Assembly: GCA_018398765.1 (NCBI GenBank)
Contig: JAHBMJ010000289.1
Coordinates: 1-51,364 of the forward strand
Direction: 5' to 3'
Source of the DNA: Chromera velia
Lineage: Eukaryota
DNA: 51,364 nt
Part shown: piece by piece, positions 1 through 15,041 of the stretch
Numbering within the stretch: the stretch's first letter is position 1
Layout of the letters: the number at the start of each line of letters is the position of its first letter
Notes under the pieces: generated by a model
Databases searched by the model: none
What the model was told of the DNA's origin: nothing
The model's input: only the letters and a program-made list of their open reading frames with translations
Program-made: the position numbers and the translations under genes

Positions 1-75
<75 letters not shown>

Positions 76-78
76 CAC

Positions 79-140
<62 letters not shown>
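1..140. repeat. (AC)n-(AG)n compound microsatellite (intronic)
   Basis: Read directly. Confidence 0.95.
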
Positions 141-143
<3 letters not shown>

Positions 144-350
144 CGAGAAAAACAAGTCGTCGACCCATTTCAGAAGAGCATGCTCCTTCCAGAGTGGATG
201 CAGAACGGAGGAAAAAGAGAGAACGAGAGGCAGCGAAAGAGAAGAGATGAAAAAAAAGGAGGAGGTAGTAAAATTGAAGATGAAAGGGGGATCTGAAAAT
301 GCGTACTGGAAGGCAGCAGAGAAGAAGACGACATGGCCAGACAGACTGAC

Positions 351-1495
351 GAGAGCGTTCCACTGGCCAGTGCCTGATCGTGTTGTCGGGCCTTTTGGTT
401 CATGTCCCTCACGATGGCCCCTGCCATCACATAGGTGATCACCTTCTCGCCTCCATGACCCCGGAGGTTCTCTACTAGGTCCGTGATGAATGATCCCTGC
501 GTGCGTGCGTGTGTTTGCATGCAGGTATACAGACCATCAGAGAAAAACCTTGAGTGATCAATAGTTTCCACACAGGGAGATGGGGTATGTATGCATGCGT
601 GGGTGAGAGAAAAAAAAACGTGAATTTCCACCAATGAGACATCGATGGTGCAAATTGCGCATGCAACTGAAGAATTAAGAAAAGAAGGATTCAAAAAGAG
701 AGTGGAACGAACGAACGAACCTGCACGACGGCTTCACAAGTAGTCCCTCCCTGCTCGTACAAAGAGAACTCAAACGAAGTCGCAAATTGTGCCCCCTTCT
801 GGTGTGCCGCGTCGAAACAGTCGGGGAGTTCTACAGCATCTTTCATCCTCACGCGGCACCCCTCTGCAGAAAGCAAGGACTCGATTTGATTTGAATGGAA
901 GGAGCAAAATTGCTATCTCTCTGTCTCTCGGTCTGTCTGAGGCTTACAAAAAAAGGTGCCGCATTTCCTCTGTGTCCTTCATTGCTGATTCTCAGTTCAC
1001 TAAAATATTTCACTGGTATATCGTGCACATTCATAAATTTCAAACGATTCACCCTTTCAAAAACCTTCTCTTGCACACGAAATTAGCAATTGCACCCTTC
1101 CCGACATTTGAAGAGCCTGTGAGCATTTACGCAGGACGGAACTGTCCCGTCGGAAAACACTGCGATAACTGAAACCTGCTGCAATACACTCAGAATTGCA
1201 CAAAACCCTGGTTTTCTATCTATCTGCAGCCTGACCGACCGCATGGCCTGCCGACGTCATTGCAGACGTCTCCGGGTTCCAGTGTGAAGACCTTCGTGTT
1301 CGTGCCTCCGGTTGTGAGGCCCTCCAGTTGGGCCTGCAGAATTTGAAAATTAAGGGAAGAAAGACGTCGCACTACACAGAGTGAATGCAGGTTCCAGCTA
1401 GAATCGTCATGCATGTGCAGATTCTGTCCTGCAGTTTCCGGACGAGAGGGAAAGCCCACGTCCGCAAATTGAATGTGTGTGTGCGTGCCTCTGTG

Positions 1496-1528
<33 letters not shown>

Positions 1529-4500
1529 TTAAGTGAGCTCGTCTCTATGCGCTCCCGTTGTGAGTCACCGATTCTCCGCCTCATTCACGGCTTCATTGCT
1601 GCTTTTTTCAGTCGGTCACACACTGTTCTACTCACCAACTGGCTGACGGACAGACCTGGAGAGTTCCCTCCTTGCTCTGCAGTTTCTGGAGTGCCTTGTC
1701 ACACCCATATCTGCACAACAACTCGTGCATGGACACAAAGAAGGGAGGGATCAGAACGTTCCTTCATGAATGTGAAGCGCTGAATGGGTGCGTAGGGGGT
1801 TGGAGAAAGATTTGCCAATACGTTGGGTTCGGTTGAAACTTTATGGCAAAGTGGGGAAAAGAGCGCTGGGCTGAGACGGCTGGATATTTAGCCGAAAAGA
1901 AAGAACACTTCTTCGGCAGAAACGGTGTTCTGTATTGTCATTGATCAAATCTGTCCGGATAAGCAGAAGGGTCGACTGACTTGTCTTTGTCGCATTTCAC
2001 TCCATCAATCAGATAGTCAGCGTCTCTTCCTTTCCGCATTTGTTCCTCGAACACCTCCCAACAGTTAGCCCTCGCACTCACAGTGAAGGTCAGCGTGAGG
2101 GTCGGCAAGGAGCCTTGGTTGGAGCCGCCAGAGGGCTGGCAGGGGGGGCAGGTAGGGGTGCTGAGGGTGCCTGCAATCTGACAGGGGTCTGCAGGCAGAC
2201 AGAAAAGAGAAAGAGAATTAAGCACATAATATGAATTGAAGCCAGGAAGTGTGAAAAGGATAGCATAGACAAAGTTGGAGCGGAAGGGCTCGAAAAGAAG
2301 GTGGCGGTCTATTGACTGTATTCGCCCAACATAAAGAGAAGAGAAAAAACCGGAATGCAAACTTTTGGGTTCTTGTGGATTTGTTGGAGGTCATTTCATC
2401 AGCACCTTAGCGTATGTAGGGTGCAAAGAGCCACACATACAAAGCAAAGCTTCCGTCTGTATCATGTCCGCATCCTCCTACTGACCGCAGGGTTCGAGGT
2501 CCATCTCATCCCGAAACTCGACTGATTTCTTCAGAGGGCCCGTGAAAGTGAACTCCTGGTCTTGAGCGAAATCCGTTGTTGCCCTCATGACTGCCTGGAC
2601 TTTTTCCAACAACGCCAGAGCGTTTTCCTTCTTCCACTCCGCTGGCTTACCCCCCATGTCCCCCATCTTCTGCAGACACGACTGGCCAGTACTGCCCATG
2701 TCCAGCACTGTCTTCACACACGAGGGCCCCCCGTCCTCTCCCTTGTTGGTCACCTTCACTTTCACTTCCGCATCCGCATCCGTTGTGGTGGGATCCCAAC
2801 AGGTCGGCAGATTCGCCACACTCTGCAAGAAAGAAATCACGAAAATATCTTTCTCTAATTAGTGCTATTGTAAGTAAAAGGGTGCTGCAAGAACAGCTCT
2901 ACATGGCACATATTGCTCCATGCAGATCGGAACAGACAATTGGGATGGACATCCCCTCAAAAGAATCTGAAGGATCCTCCCAGCCATCGACACTCTTGAG
3001 AAGCCCACACGAACGAGCGAGCAACAATGAAGAAACCGCAGAACTGACCGTGCAATCCACTACGCATTTTTGGCAATCCGCCAGTCCCAACTGCAGCATT
3101 GTGATGGTTTCCTTTTTGACGGGTAGCACTTTGACATCAACTGCATGATCGGAGTCTCGTGCGGGTGAGGGGACCTTCTGGAGCTCTGAGAGAATTTGGC
3201 CTTTCAATTCTTCCACAAAGTCCTTGTGGGGACTTTTGGTGACCTTCGTCTTCAAGTCAGAAGGCGCGCTGCCTGCACACTTTTTGATAATGTCGCTGAT
3301 ATCGATATCATCTCTCTCTACCATCTCCGAGCAGTATGCCGCGCCATCGTTCCCCTCCTTGAACTTGATGTTAAAGGAGAGCTCCGTGTTGTCGTCCGCA
3401 CGGATACAGGGGGAGCTGGGAGTGCAGGTCTCCACGTTGCAGTCAGCTGCAGTGAGTGGGTGAGACGGTGGCACGGAGGAAAATAATAAGGGGAGAGTAA
3501 AATGGAAATGGAACGACGTGGAGGACCCTCCAATTTCGGTTGGTCCACTTCAATGAGTTCACACAGAAGTGTCATCGGGAGACAAACAAAAAGACATAGA
3601 AATGCTGGTTGAAACAGAACGGGCGAAAGAGAACAAAGAAAATGCGAGACGGGCAAACAACAGCAACAAGAAGGAAACACAATTCGATTCGACTGACGGC
3701 AGTCCGAAAGTCCCGTCAGACCTCCCGCTTCTATCTCTGTGAGGATTTCTTTTCCCGTCAAGGGGAAGGGCCCCAGAGTCAACGTGACAGGCACAGTAGG
3801 TCTCGTGGCGTCTGCCTCAAGTTCCACAATCAGCCACCGTCCCAGGTGGGGGCTTGAGGTGGAGGGGTCGTTCAGAGCGCAACCATCGGGAAGGCTTGCC
3901 CCTCTCTGTTCCGACAGTTTCAGGAGGCACTCCTGCAGGCAAATAACAAAACAAACCGAGTTGTTGGCCAAAGAGAGAGAGAGAGAGCGAAGAAAGAAGA
4001 GAGGACCCATGAAGATGAGTCAAGCCGGTACGTAGTGTGGGGAACAAAGGCACAACAACCCAGACAGATGCTCACACACATGCTACACTCTGTGCATGCC
4101 CACAGACAGACAGACAGACCTGCAGGACGTTGCTGCCTTCATGTCCAAAGACACGGGCCCGGATGGCGTCCACTCCCTGTGTGCCCCTGAATATTGTCTC
4201 TGAGACGACGTCACTGCAAGGCCTCCCCCCGGCCTCCCCGGCCTTCAGCTGGATCTCCCAGGTCCCCGTTCCCCTCGCGTTCTCTCTGGTGGGCTTGCAG
4301 GGAGGAGGCAGGAACTTCACCTTCACCTCACACGCCTCTGCATGGATGCAGGAGTGTCAGTCACAATCAGAGTCAGAAAAGGTATTTATTTCTGGAGGGC
4401 AGTGGGAATTTTCCCAATTCTTCTGTTTCCTTGGTCTCCCCACATCTGTGTACGTATGTGAGTGTACACGTGTGTGCGACTGTGAAAATGTATGGACCTG

Positions 4501-6856
4501 TGTGGGTGTCTGTAAATGCGTATGTGCCCGACCATGTGTGTGCACGTCTTCTCAAAAGAGAGAAGTGGAAGAGAACGTACGAAGGCAGTTTGGAGCTGTC
4601 TCCGTGTGTCGATAATGGCCATAGGGGGCTCATGGTCAAAGCTCAGCGTTGAATACCCACACCTCTATATTCTTCATCATCCAATGATGCATGTACTGAA
4701 TTGAATATGATTTGTGCATGCGCAAAGCTAGGCCCCCCCCCATGCACTCACTGGCTGACCGCACGTCTGGAGGCTGTCTTCTCTGCAGAAGTACCCGACG
4801 TCCGTCTCTGAGAGAGACGGCTGCTCTCTCAGAGGCCCGAACCCATCTGCAGGTCTCCACCCTGCCCACTCGTCTGCTGCAGAGGCCCGGTGGACTGTCT
4901 GGCTGAGCCTGAGTCTGTAGGCGTCGGGAATCGTCGCCTCCATCTGGACTGCTTGCATGCAGGTGCGGTATTTGGTACCGTGCACCATCTCATACCTGCA
5001 TGATGCAAATGAGACAGAAGGGGGAATCGACTGTCTGTCTGATGGGAATACGCACACTGAAAAAACAGTCATGAGGTCCAAACAAGGTTTGTCCAAAAAC
5101 ACATAGAGAAAGACAAGAAGCAACACTGTCTGTCTCTCTATCTATCTTCGAATCACGTGCAGTTGATGCCCTGCAGTTCCCAAAGTCCAACCCCATGTTG
5201 GTGACCCGCTTGATATCTGACTGCCTCTTTGTCAAGCTGTCTGATTCAGAAGGGGGCTGAGAACACCTGCGCATTGATGCTGCGATGCTGATGAGATGAG
5301 ATGAGATCGGGTCTGACGGTTAGCGACTCTTTGACTGACTTCAATCTCACGGAGGAAGTGAGCATAGAGGTGATGGCGGATTTGCAGGTCTTGCAGTTGT
5401 CGTCTACTGCGACCTTGCAGAACACTGCAGACAAGATCGAAAGACAGACAGACAGACAGACAGGTATCTGAACGAAAGGGGAAAATTGTGCCGAGTGTTA
5501 CCGGGTGGCATGAATGAGTCGAGAAAACGCGTGTGAGATCATGACCGTATACCTCATTCGCTCTGAATATCTGCGAAGCATACTCATGCAGTACTCCCCT
5601 TCACAGGCCGTCTTTGTAGAACACGACACGAGACCTTCCCATGCAATCACACGCAAAGAAAAGATCCCTCCGCATGTGGTCATCCATTCCCTTCTCTTCG
5701 CAACGGGCGATTCTCCTCCCTGATTCATCAGGTTCATAGCAAGGATAGTTTTCTTCTTCTCTTTGGCTGACTGAAAAGCAGGGATGAGGGCCACTCTTCT
5801 CAAGAAAGTCCGGTGGACACACCGAAGCATCTCAAAATTTCTCTCTTAAAGGAGACGAAATCGCACAGACAGACAGAGGGACGGACCGCAGTCCCGAGGT
5901 TCGAGTGCTCTCACTTCCTGCAAGAGCTTTTCTCCCTTGTAGCTGTCCACCAGGTCGTCTTTCCCTGCCGTCTCCACGTTGGCAGCGTCCTCGACTACCA
6001 AACGGAGGAGCTCTACAGTCACGTCCTGTATCGTTTGGGGGATGTTGGTGATCCGAAATGTCTCCGGGATTTTCTCCCGTCTCTGCAAAAACGCATCCCG
6101 CACCTGCAGCACAAACAAAGAGAAGAGCGAGGGCGTCTATTCTGACAGCACGGGCGGGCCACAATCATCAGAAAGAAATCTGCACTCTAAAGAGAGGGAG
6201 GCGAAAAAAGTCTGCACACCATTCCCCTCTCCTTCTATTGCTCAACAGAATTGGTGATTAGCTGTGCATTCCCTTCTTCAGGTATTGAGAAAGAGCAACT
6301 TAACTCCCCCCAACACTTGTCGGCAGATGTCCTATACACGTTTTCTTGACTGTATGCCAGACAGCTGAGAGGGAAGAAGAACTTCGCTAAATGGACAGAC
6401 ATTCGAGGAGACGTGAAGAGGGAAAAGTGCGAACATGACGACATGCTGACCTTATCTCTCCACGGGTGGGGGGTCTCCGGGGTCTGTTCTATCTGGTCGA
6501 AGTTTCCTTGCAGGAGGTCTTTGCAAGATTTCCCCCCTGCCTGCCCTCCCTGCTTCTTTGCAATCATGCGCACTTTGTCTGGAGCAGCTCTGCCTGGAAT
6601 GCAGGGTGGCATTTCTGGAATTTCAATCTCAACCTTGCAGTCCCTGCACTCAGAGACGCCAAACAGATCCGCAAGCACGCTCTGTGTCAGTCCAGGCAGA
6701 GAGACGTCAATGGAGTGATCTTGGGGTGTGTCGCTTGAAGGGAAGGACGCCTGGGGCGGAGTGATCTTCTGCTTGAGCCCTGTGCCGACGTTCTGGGCAT
6801 CTGGGTCGCTGGCGTCGACCAACAGCTTCTTTACCCCTGACTCGGAGGCGCCACAT

Positions 6857-6893
<37 letters not shown>

Positions 6894-9800
6894 ATCACAC
6901 ACTGACTCTACAGGCAGACGGACATAAGCGCAAAAGACACCACAACTTATTCCCTGTAGTTGGTATAGGCAAAGCTCGCTTGTGTGGGTTGAATGGACGG
7001 ACGAATCTAAGTGGAAGGTTATGAAGGTGGACAGATGAGCAGGCAGGCAGGAAGAAAGACAAATGCACACGCAGACCTGAGGAGGAGTTTGTCGAGGCCC
7101 ATGGCCCCAACAACGGTCCCACAGGACTTCCCGCCCTTTGCCTCCGTTTTGAAGTTCACTTTCCAGTTGACTGTATTTCCACTCGCACTGGCACATAGGG
7201 GGGTCTGGAGGTTGCAGCTCACTATGAAGCAGTCAGCTGCATATACTTGCATCAACAGAAGCGATCAGGAGAATGGACCATTCTACGGACAGACAGACAG
7301 AAAGACAGACACACCCACAATATTAAGAAAAAACGCATGAATTTCAACATGTCGGGCTGTGTGGCATGACCGAGTTTCTTTGTGTCACGCAGTACTCCGA
7401 AAAAAGGAGACTGATCCTCGAGATAAATTTGCAATTGGTGTGAGATTCCAATTTAGCAGGGTTCTAAAGAAGGATGGAAGAGAGACAGGCAGAGGTTTGA
7501 TGACTGCGAAACCGCTAAAGGGGGTGACGCACCGCATGGTTGGACTGTCGAGAACAAGCTGGAGGTCTCCATCACCTGCTGCATCCTCCCCTGGTCTGTG
7601 ACTGCAATCTTCACGTCTACTTTCTTCGTTGTGGGGGTGCCTGCCGTGGGGGTCCAGTTGTCGTCTCTGATGCCGAAGAGGAGATCGCTGTCTTTGTGGA
7701 AATAGTCGGGGACTGGACTTGGCACGTTCTCACAGAGATCGGAAGGGGGGCTCGTGCTCGCACAGGAGGAGATGACTCCTTGGGGCACTAGACTGATCAG
7801 CTTGCGGGTTTCGTCGTCAATGAAACCGTTGTCGAAGCCTTCTGGAAGAGAGGGTTGTCTGTCCCAAGGGTTCCTTTCGAGAAGATTGAGCGTCTTCAGA
7901 CAGGACAGGCCGCCCTTCTGCTGTTCCGTGAGTTCCATCTCGAGTACCATGTCGGCTCTGAAGGAATCACTCCCGCTGAAGGACAGACAGTCTGGGGGCG
8001 TCTTCATCGTCAACTTGACTTTGCAGGGAACTGCATGCATGCAGGGGGTGTCCACGTGCGCAAATAAGAAAGTCAAACAAGGGCCTGGCGCACCTGGCAC
8101 AAATCTGTTCACACTGTATGGATTGAGGCATACGAAAAGGAAAATAAAAGAATCGAAAGAGCACTCAGGTGGATAGACAAGGAGAGAGAATCGCACGCAA
8201 GGTTCGAAAACGCATTCATCCACTGGAGAGGAAACCTTCGGAGTGTGACCGTAAAAACGGAAGAGACTGAAGATGATCTGGATGAACTGACCGCAAACGG
8301 GGATATCGGCTTTGCAGACAGTCTTGACGACTTCAGGAGGGAGAGAGAGACTGGTTCCAATTGCGTGTTGAGGAGTCCAACCCAAGAACGGGATCGGCAG
8401 GTTGTCCTGAAAAGCCTTCAAACCCTGCGCGCTGCATTTCTTCTCTTGCTGCCCGTTGTTGTCACGAGTTGCGTCGCAGGCAGGTGGTAGGACTTCCTTG
8501 CACGTTTTGTGTTTACTTTCCCCCCCGCCTTGGCCTGCCAGGTCTTTGACAAAGCCTGCTGAGGTATCAGACGCTTCCAACTGCACAGAAAATACACACA
8601 CGGACATTTTCACACTTGCCGGTAACAGAACCACTCTTATCTGCAAGTTTTGTGAAACGATTTGAATCCGATGCTGCAAACACCCGTATGAGCCGGCCTC
8701 AGTCTGGAGAAATGGTCCAGGAAAAACGGTGGCGATCGGCAGCAAGTTGACTGCACAAACAGACTTTGCTTCCACCTGTTGAGGAAATGGTCGGATTCCT
8801 GATCGACTTGCAGAAAGAAATGAAGGCACAAAATTTCCGAAGTGCCCATCACACATCACATCACATCACACCACAGCGTTGCCTTCTGTCTGCACGAACG
8901 CACCCGACAATTAAACCGACGCACCTTCAATGAAGACTCCCTGTCCTCCTCATTCATCATGCGCTTGCACCTCTTGCACTTCTCCCAAGGCTCCAGACCG
9001 CACTCCACTGCACACAGGCAATGAAGAGAGAAGACCTTACACGCGGGGACCAGAGTATTTGTAGAAAAATCTTGACTAGGAGAAAAAACGTCTCGTCTTG
9101 GATCTGTAAAAAACCCACAGAGACAAGACAGAAATGCCAAAGGAAAGCCATAGAGTGTTTGACCGACGAAGACGCCCAAAGCTTTCCTGTGCTTCTTTCT
9201 CTCTGCCTCTCTGTCTGCCAGTAGATTCATCTCATCTGTCTCCCTGCCTGCCGTCCTCTCTTTGTGCTAGTAAATTTGCCTAACTAAGGGAGAGAGAGAG
9301 ACTGACTGCATCGCCAGATGGACATCTTGTCGGCGAATCCGCTGATTTGGGAAATGGGGTCACTGTCCCATTTTTTGCTCTTCTTCTGAACCGCAGCTCC
9401 GAATGCAACTTCGGTAGGATAGTCAGGGGCTTCCTTGACTTTTTTGGCAATCTGTTTGGCCACCTCTAGGGATGCCTCTTGGCGTCTCTGTGCGGGCATC
9501 TGGAGGTGATCCATTCCCTTCGCTTCAGGCCTCTCATTCCGCAGTGACAGCGCGTCGTTGACAGAAGAGGACCAGGCCTGCAGGGCAATTCGATCATTGC
9601 ATTTCAAGGACACTGATTAGAAAAATGAATTTTGGGGTGACAGAAATAAATTGCATTTCAATGATGGAATGCACAACTCCTTCGGTACAAACGCTCGATC
9701 AAAGACAACCGAAGACGACCCGGCTCTCTCATCGATTTCATGAACCGGAATCAATTGACGAAAGACGCAAATGGATACTTCGACCTGTTGAATACTTGAA

Positions 9801-12148
9801 ACCAACTGAGACCAAGAGAAAGGTCACTTTTCTTGATGCCTCCTCTGGAGTTCCCTGATCGATCCACTTTATCTTTCATCTCGCGATACCTCTACTGCTT
9901 CCACCCCATGACACGATTTGATTGATTGTTCCTTCCCCCTTTTGACTGACTGACCCTGATTGTCTGGGGGTCCTCAATCATCTTGTCACACGCGAAGCCG
10001 CCGGTCTCGGGGCCCTGGAAGTTCACCGTGCCGTACACGGTCGTCTTGACAGGGTCAGGAAGCCAGCAGACAGGAACGAAAACGTCTGAGATGGTAGCAG
10101 AGCAGGGCTTGCAGAGGGGAAGGCCGAGAGCCTCCAGAATCTCCGGGGTCACGTCAGGGACGGCCCAGGGAATGCTCGCGTGGCTCATTACGGCGGTGGT
10201 CCTTGCAGGGACCGTGACGCTGGAGGAAGCGCTCTTAAACGCGCTCTTGAAAGGAGCAATCTGTAGAGAAACAAGGAGAGAGTGAGAAGGATGTGAGGGT
10301 AGCGCGACAGTTGGAGTCTGCCTGTGTTTCGACATGGAAATTCGCCTTCACGCGTTCCATAGGGGACATCGCTGGGTCTTTCTGGAGAACGAATATCGAA
10401 AGAGAGAGGAAGGAGAATGGCCAATCCAAGCAGGCATGGAAGGGATGTGCTTGGCCGATCCTCCTTCATTGCCTTCTTTCTCCAGTACTTTTTTCATTTA
10501 TGTATACAATCGTTCACTCCGTGGTTCAAACCACGTAATAATACATGCAAACATCGAATCTCGTGAACGGACTCACGATTGCGTTCGGAGGGTCGTGAGA
10601 GGGGAAGCAAATCTTGAAGATCTTGTCTTGCATCGATTGCTGGGTGACCGCAGTCGCGCATGCTGGTGCAGGCTCCGCTCGCTCGTCCAAAGAAATCTTC
10701 ACGCAACAAGAGGGCGGGTATATAGAGAGGAACGAGGGAGATCGGTATCGAAGAGAAGAGAAGAGAAGAGAAGAGCAGAAAAGAGAAGGACATAGCAAGA
10801 GAAGCCACAGAGTGTCGGCAAAGCAAATGAGTACGCCATTTTGGCCACAGTCAGTCGACTCTCTCTCTGGGTAGCTCTTCTTTTGATTCTTTTCTTCTTC
10901 CCTTCCCTTTTCTTGTCCCTAGCTTTATTTGCAGGAAGGCAGTAACCCTTCATTCCAGTCCACCCTGTGACCCCATGTCTTCCCTTCTCAACAGAGACTG
11001 CCCTATCTCGCTGTCCTCCTGTAATTTTGTTCTTTCTCGCTCGTTCTCACGTTCTCTCACCAATCTGTGTGAGCATCCGCCACAGTCTCTCTCTGGGACT
11101 TACCGTTGCCGTGACGGTGTCCTTCTCTCCCCTTCCATTGGGGTTCTTGATGCATTTGGGCTCCAGGGAACAGCTTGTGACAGAACACTCCTCTGCAGGC
11201 GGACGCAGAACAGAAGCAGCGTCAACGCACAAACAGGCACAAGTCCTTTTCAAAGCAAAGGGACACATTTGCAAGCAGGTGCGTGAGTAAATAATAGATT
11301 GTGCAAGAATGGGCAGTGCCTCACAAACGAGCTAGAGGAAAGAAGCTGGAAAGAACCAGTCCGATTTGGTGTTGCCCTGCTCCCACGACTTGGGTTGAGT
11401 TCAAATCGTACCGAGATAGAACCGTTCTCGTTTGTCCCCTCGAGGCCACTTGCAAAGGCGGGCGTCATTTTCTTCCCTTCGCTGTTTGAACATTCTTCTG
11501 TCCTTGGTTTCCTTTCCTTTTGTTTTGATGAACTGTCAAACATGGTTACTATGTTATTGAACGACTTCCTCACTGACTGACCACAAGTTGCGAGGCCAAG
11601 GCTTGCAATTGCACCGTTGTCTGTCACCTGGATCTGCTTGATGAGAATCTCTGCTGTCCCGGGGTCTCGAGGAGAGGGGGCACTCGTCAGGGGCTGGGTG
11701 GCCAATGCCTCCCTGCTGACGAGAAATTCCAACGACTGACTAGCTGAGAGGGCAGAGCTCGGAGAAGTGAGCTTGCAGCCGTCTCTAGATGCAGAGCCTG
11801 TCGCTGCGGCTTCGAAGCACCTTTTGAGGTATGCAGACTCAGGCTTGGAGGGGGAGATGGGGGTGTTGTCGAGAACTAGGGCGAGGGCCTTCAGGACCTT
11901 CATCGAGCTGGGCTTTAGAGTGCTGAGGCTGTCGTAGCACGTGGCGCCTGTTTTGTGTCCCCCCTTAGTGATTTTGATCTTGAAATCGAGAAAGACAGGG
12001 CCTTCTACGGGAAGACAGGGAGCAGGGTCGAGGGAAAACTCCATCTCGCAGGGATCTGCACACACAACCACATAAACACAGGCTCATGTACAGACAGCCC
12101 TGCAAACGTTACGGGCGACACAGGGAGAGAAAGAGAAAGAGAGAGATA

Positions 12149-12193
<45 letters not shown>

Positions 12194-15004
12194 CAGATAG
12201 AGGAAGAGACGGAGATCCAGGGACATACCGCAAGGAAAGAGATCAGGCAGCTCCTTCTTGCAGATCTTGTGCGCACTCGTGGCATCGTCCACTGGCACTG
12301 TCTTGCCCTGGGACCGCCCGTTCAGTTCCATTCCGGCAAACACGTCGCGAAGTCTCTGCATGGATGGTGCCACGTTGAGGGAGGGAATTAGGGAAGGAAA
12401 CAAATGCATGGGCATCAAGCAGCAAAGAATTTAACGGATCGAGAGGATCTCTCGAGGATAGTCAGCAGTCATTTGTTCCTTTAATTGTTGCGGCGCAATG
12501 AAAAATTATGAAGACAAATGGGATGTACATTGAACGAATCGGACAGGCCATTGGGACTGCTCACCGGTGCCTGCACCGGCAAAGAAAAAAGGGGAAGCAG
12601 ACGGCCGGAAGGAAGGGAGGATGAAACCCTGACCTACCGGTATTGCTGTGTCTTTGATGTAGGCCTTCAGTTCATCATTCAGGCTGCCGTCTGCCTGTGC
12701 TGCGTCTTTGCAGGTCTTCAGGGTGTTCTGAGCAGGGTCGATGGCGAACTTCAGGGTCACCTCCGAGGACGCGTAGCCGTTCGAATCCGAAGGGGGACGC
12801 GAGCACGAAATGCATTTGTACTCGGCGGCAACCGAGCACACACCTACACATTTATGCACTCAAATTTACGTACATGTGCGCGCATCCCCACACTTACAGA
12901 CAAAGTCACGCGGAGAAAAAAAAATGAGGCACGGGACAAAGCAATCCGAAAATGAGGAAGGAAGGAAGGAAGGAAGGAAGGAATGCAAAGGGTGCTATAG
13001 AGGACGACAGGAAAGAAAAACCAAAGTATATCACACAACACCAAGCAACAATAAAACATATGACCAGCACACGAAAGCTCTGGGGAAATCCGAACGATTC
13101 GTGCGATAGAAGATCATTTCGACGGCTTTCCACTGGTTCCACCACTTTTTGCGGATTGCCACTGGGCATGTGATCACGCAAGCACATAGAGAGAGAGAGA
13201 ATGGAGGGGGCTTGTTGGAAGGCAATAGACTGACTGACTGACCACATGGGAGCATGCCCAGGCAGTAGCGGTGGTCCGGGCTGAGGGACATCAGCTGCAC
13301 TCACAGACACAGAGAGAGAAACAGAGGTGTGCGTTCGTGTGTGTGTCTGCGTGTTTTGGGGGAAGACGGTGCCGGGGGGGGAGGCTTTCGTGTCAGTAAG
13401 GGAGGGAGTGAGCTTGCTCCCGTCCGTTGATGTGTCCCTGTACGTGATTTTGTCCATGAGTGTACATACCTCTCGAGCTTCTTTCCTTTTTTGGCTTCTG
13501 ACAGGAGATCGAAAAGCACCACTGCATGTACGCAAAGGAACTTATGCGACCACAGATTCCGACAAAGCAAGCCCGCATGCATGCAGACCACCGAATTAAC
13601 CCAGCGACTGACGTCTACGTCCGCATTGAATGTCCCGGACATTTGCCTTCCGAGAGATCTCAGTGTCTTCTCCAGAATCGTGTCTGCCAGCTGTCGGACC
13701 GCGTTTTTGAAGGCCGTCTTGACCCTGTTATCCGACTCGAGCTGCAAAGTCTGGAGGGCGGTTATCCGTGCGTCTCTCTTGGCCAAGAGTGCCGTCTCCA
13801 ACGACGTGAGTGCCTTGGGCCGTGTGCTCTCCTCACTGTTCACAGCCGACCTGGCAAGTTGCAGAATTTCCCTGCAAGGTCTGCTCTTCGGGTTCGACCC
13901 TGGCGTGAGTGTGGAGCTGACTTGAATCCTCAGGTCCCCTGACTTGGGAGAACACTCAGCAAAATTGGGGACAGTCCAGGAAACGTCGCAGTCGTCTGCA
14001 ATATACAGAGGCAAAACGAAAAGACAGGAGAATACAAATCCATGAAAAAGGAGTCAAACACCAAAACATCCAGGTCAGAGCAGCACAGAACAGGAAACAT
14101 CATTGGAAGACCCGGGCGATGTGCAGAAAGAAAGAGGAGGCGCATATTCCATGAGGACTCGAAAGTGCCACTACCGAGTCGTACTCACTCACTCACTCAC
14201 TCACTCACTCACTCACACACACTGTCTGTCCAGGAGTTCCGCTCCAAAAAACACCCACAACATCTTCACGCAATGCAAGGGCGCACGGAGTGTCGACTGT
14301 AATGCCCAAAGTATAGAGAATCGAGAAATGAAACCGCCCATGCACTGACCGCACGTCTGCCATGCAGCAATCCTCTCCCATCCCCTCACGTCTTCCACTC
14401 TCATGACAAGCTCTACAGGGGCGGCTGAGCTTCCAACGAATGCGTCTGTGTCGAGTCTGTCCAGATCAGGGAACCGGGACTGCTGGAGGAGTTTGCAGAA
14501 GGCCGCCTGGATCACCTGCGCGTCCGCAGTCGCGGAACTTTGCCCGGAGTCTAGAGCTCCTTTGATCGCCTGCACGCATATGAAGGGATCAGAATGAATG
14601 GAGAAAACAACAAGGAAAAGAATAGGGGGGATTGAATTGTTTAGAGTGAAGACATAGGAAGGGAGTTTCCGATATGTAGCTCCGGATGAATGTGTGCCAG
14701 TTCAGAAACATGTGGTACTATGTGCACTTGCAATAAAACCCCCATCTAACGACTTTTGCGGTCAAACCTCCATTTGATGAAGCCAAGCACATAAACGTTC
14801 CAGTTCCATTTGTGCATGCATGAAACCCCCCCACGCACGCGTGGAAGGAGGGCCCATTTGAGCATGTAATGTGTTTCTCCACAGCACCTGAGTGCGTCCA
14901 ATGTCTCTGTCTGTCTCCTGCAAGATGAGCCAGTCAAACCACTTCAGTTCTCTCTGTCCCGTACAATTCTTCCTGGACTTCGTTCAGTCACACACATACA
15001 CACG

Positions 15005-15041
<37 letters not shown>

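Noticed and set aside
7453..8859. 468-aa single ORF
   Set aside because: Read-through of introns; only 8580-8292 and 8030-7533 behave as exons.
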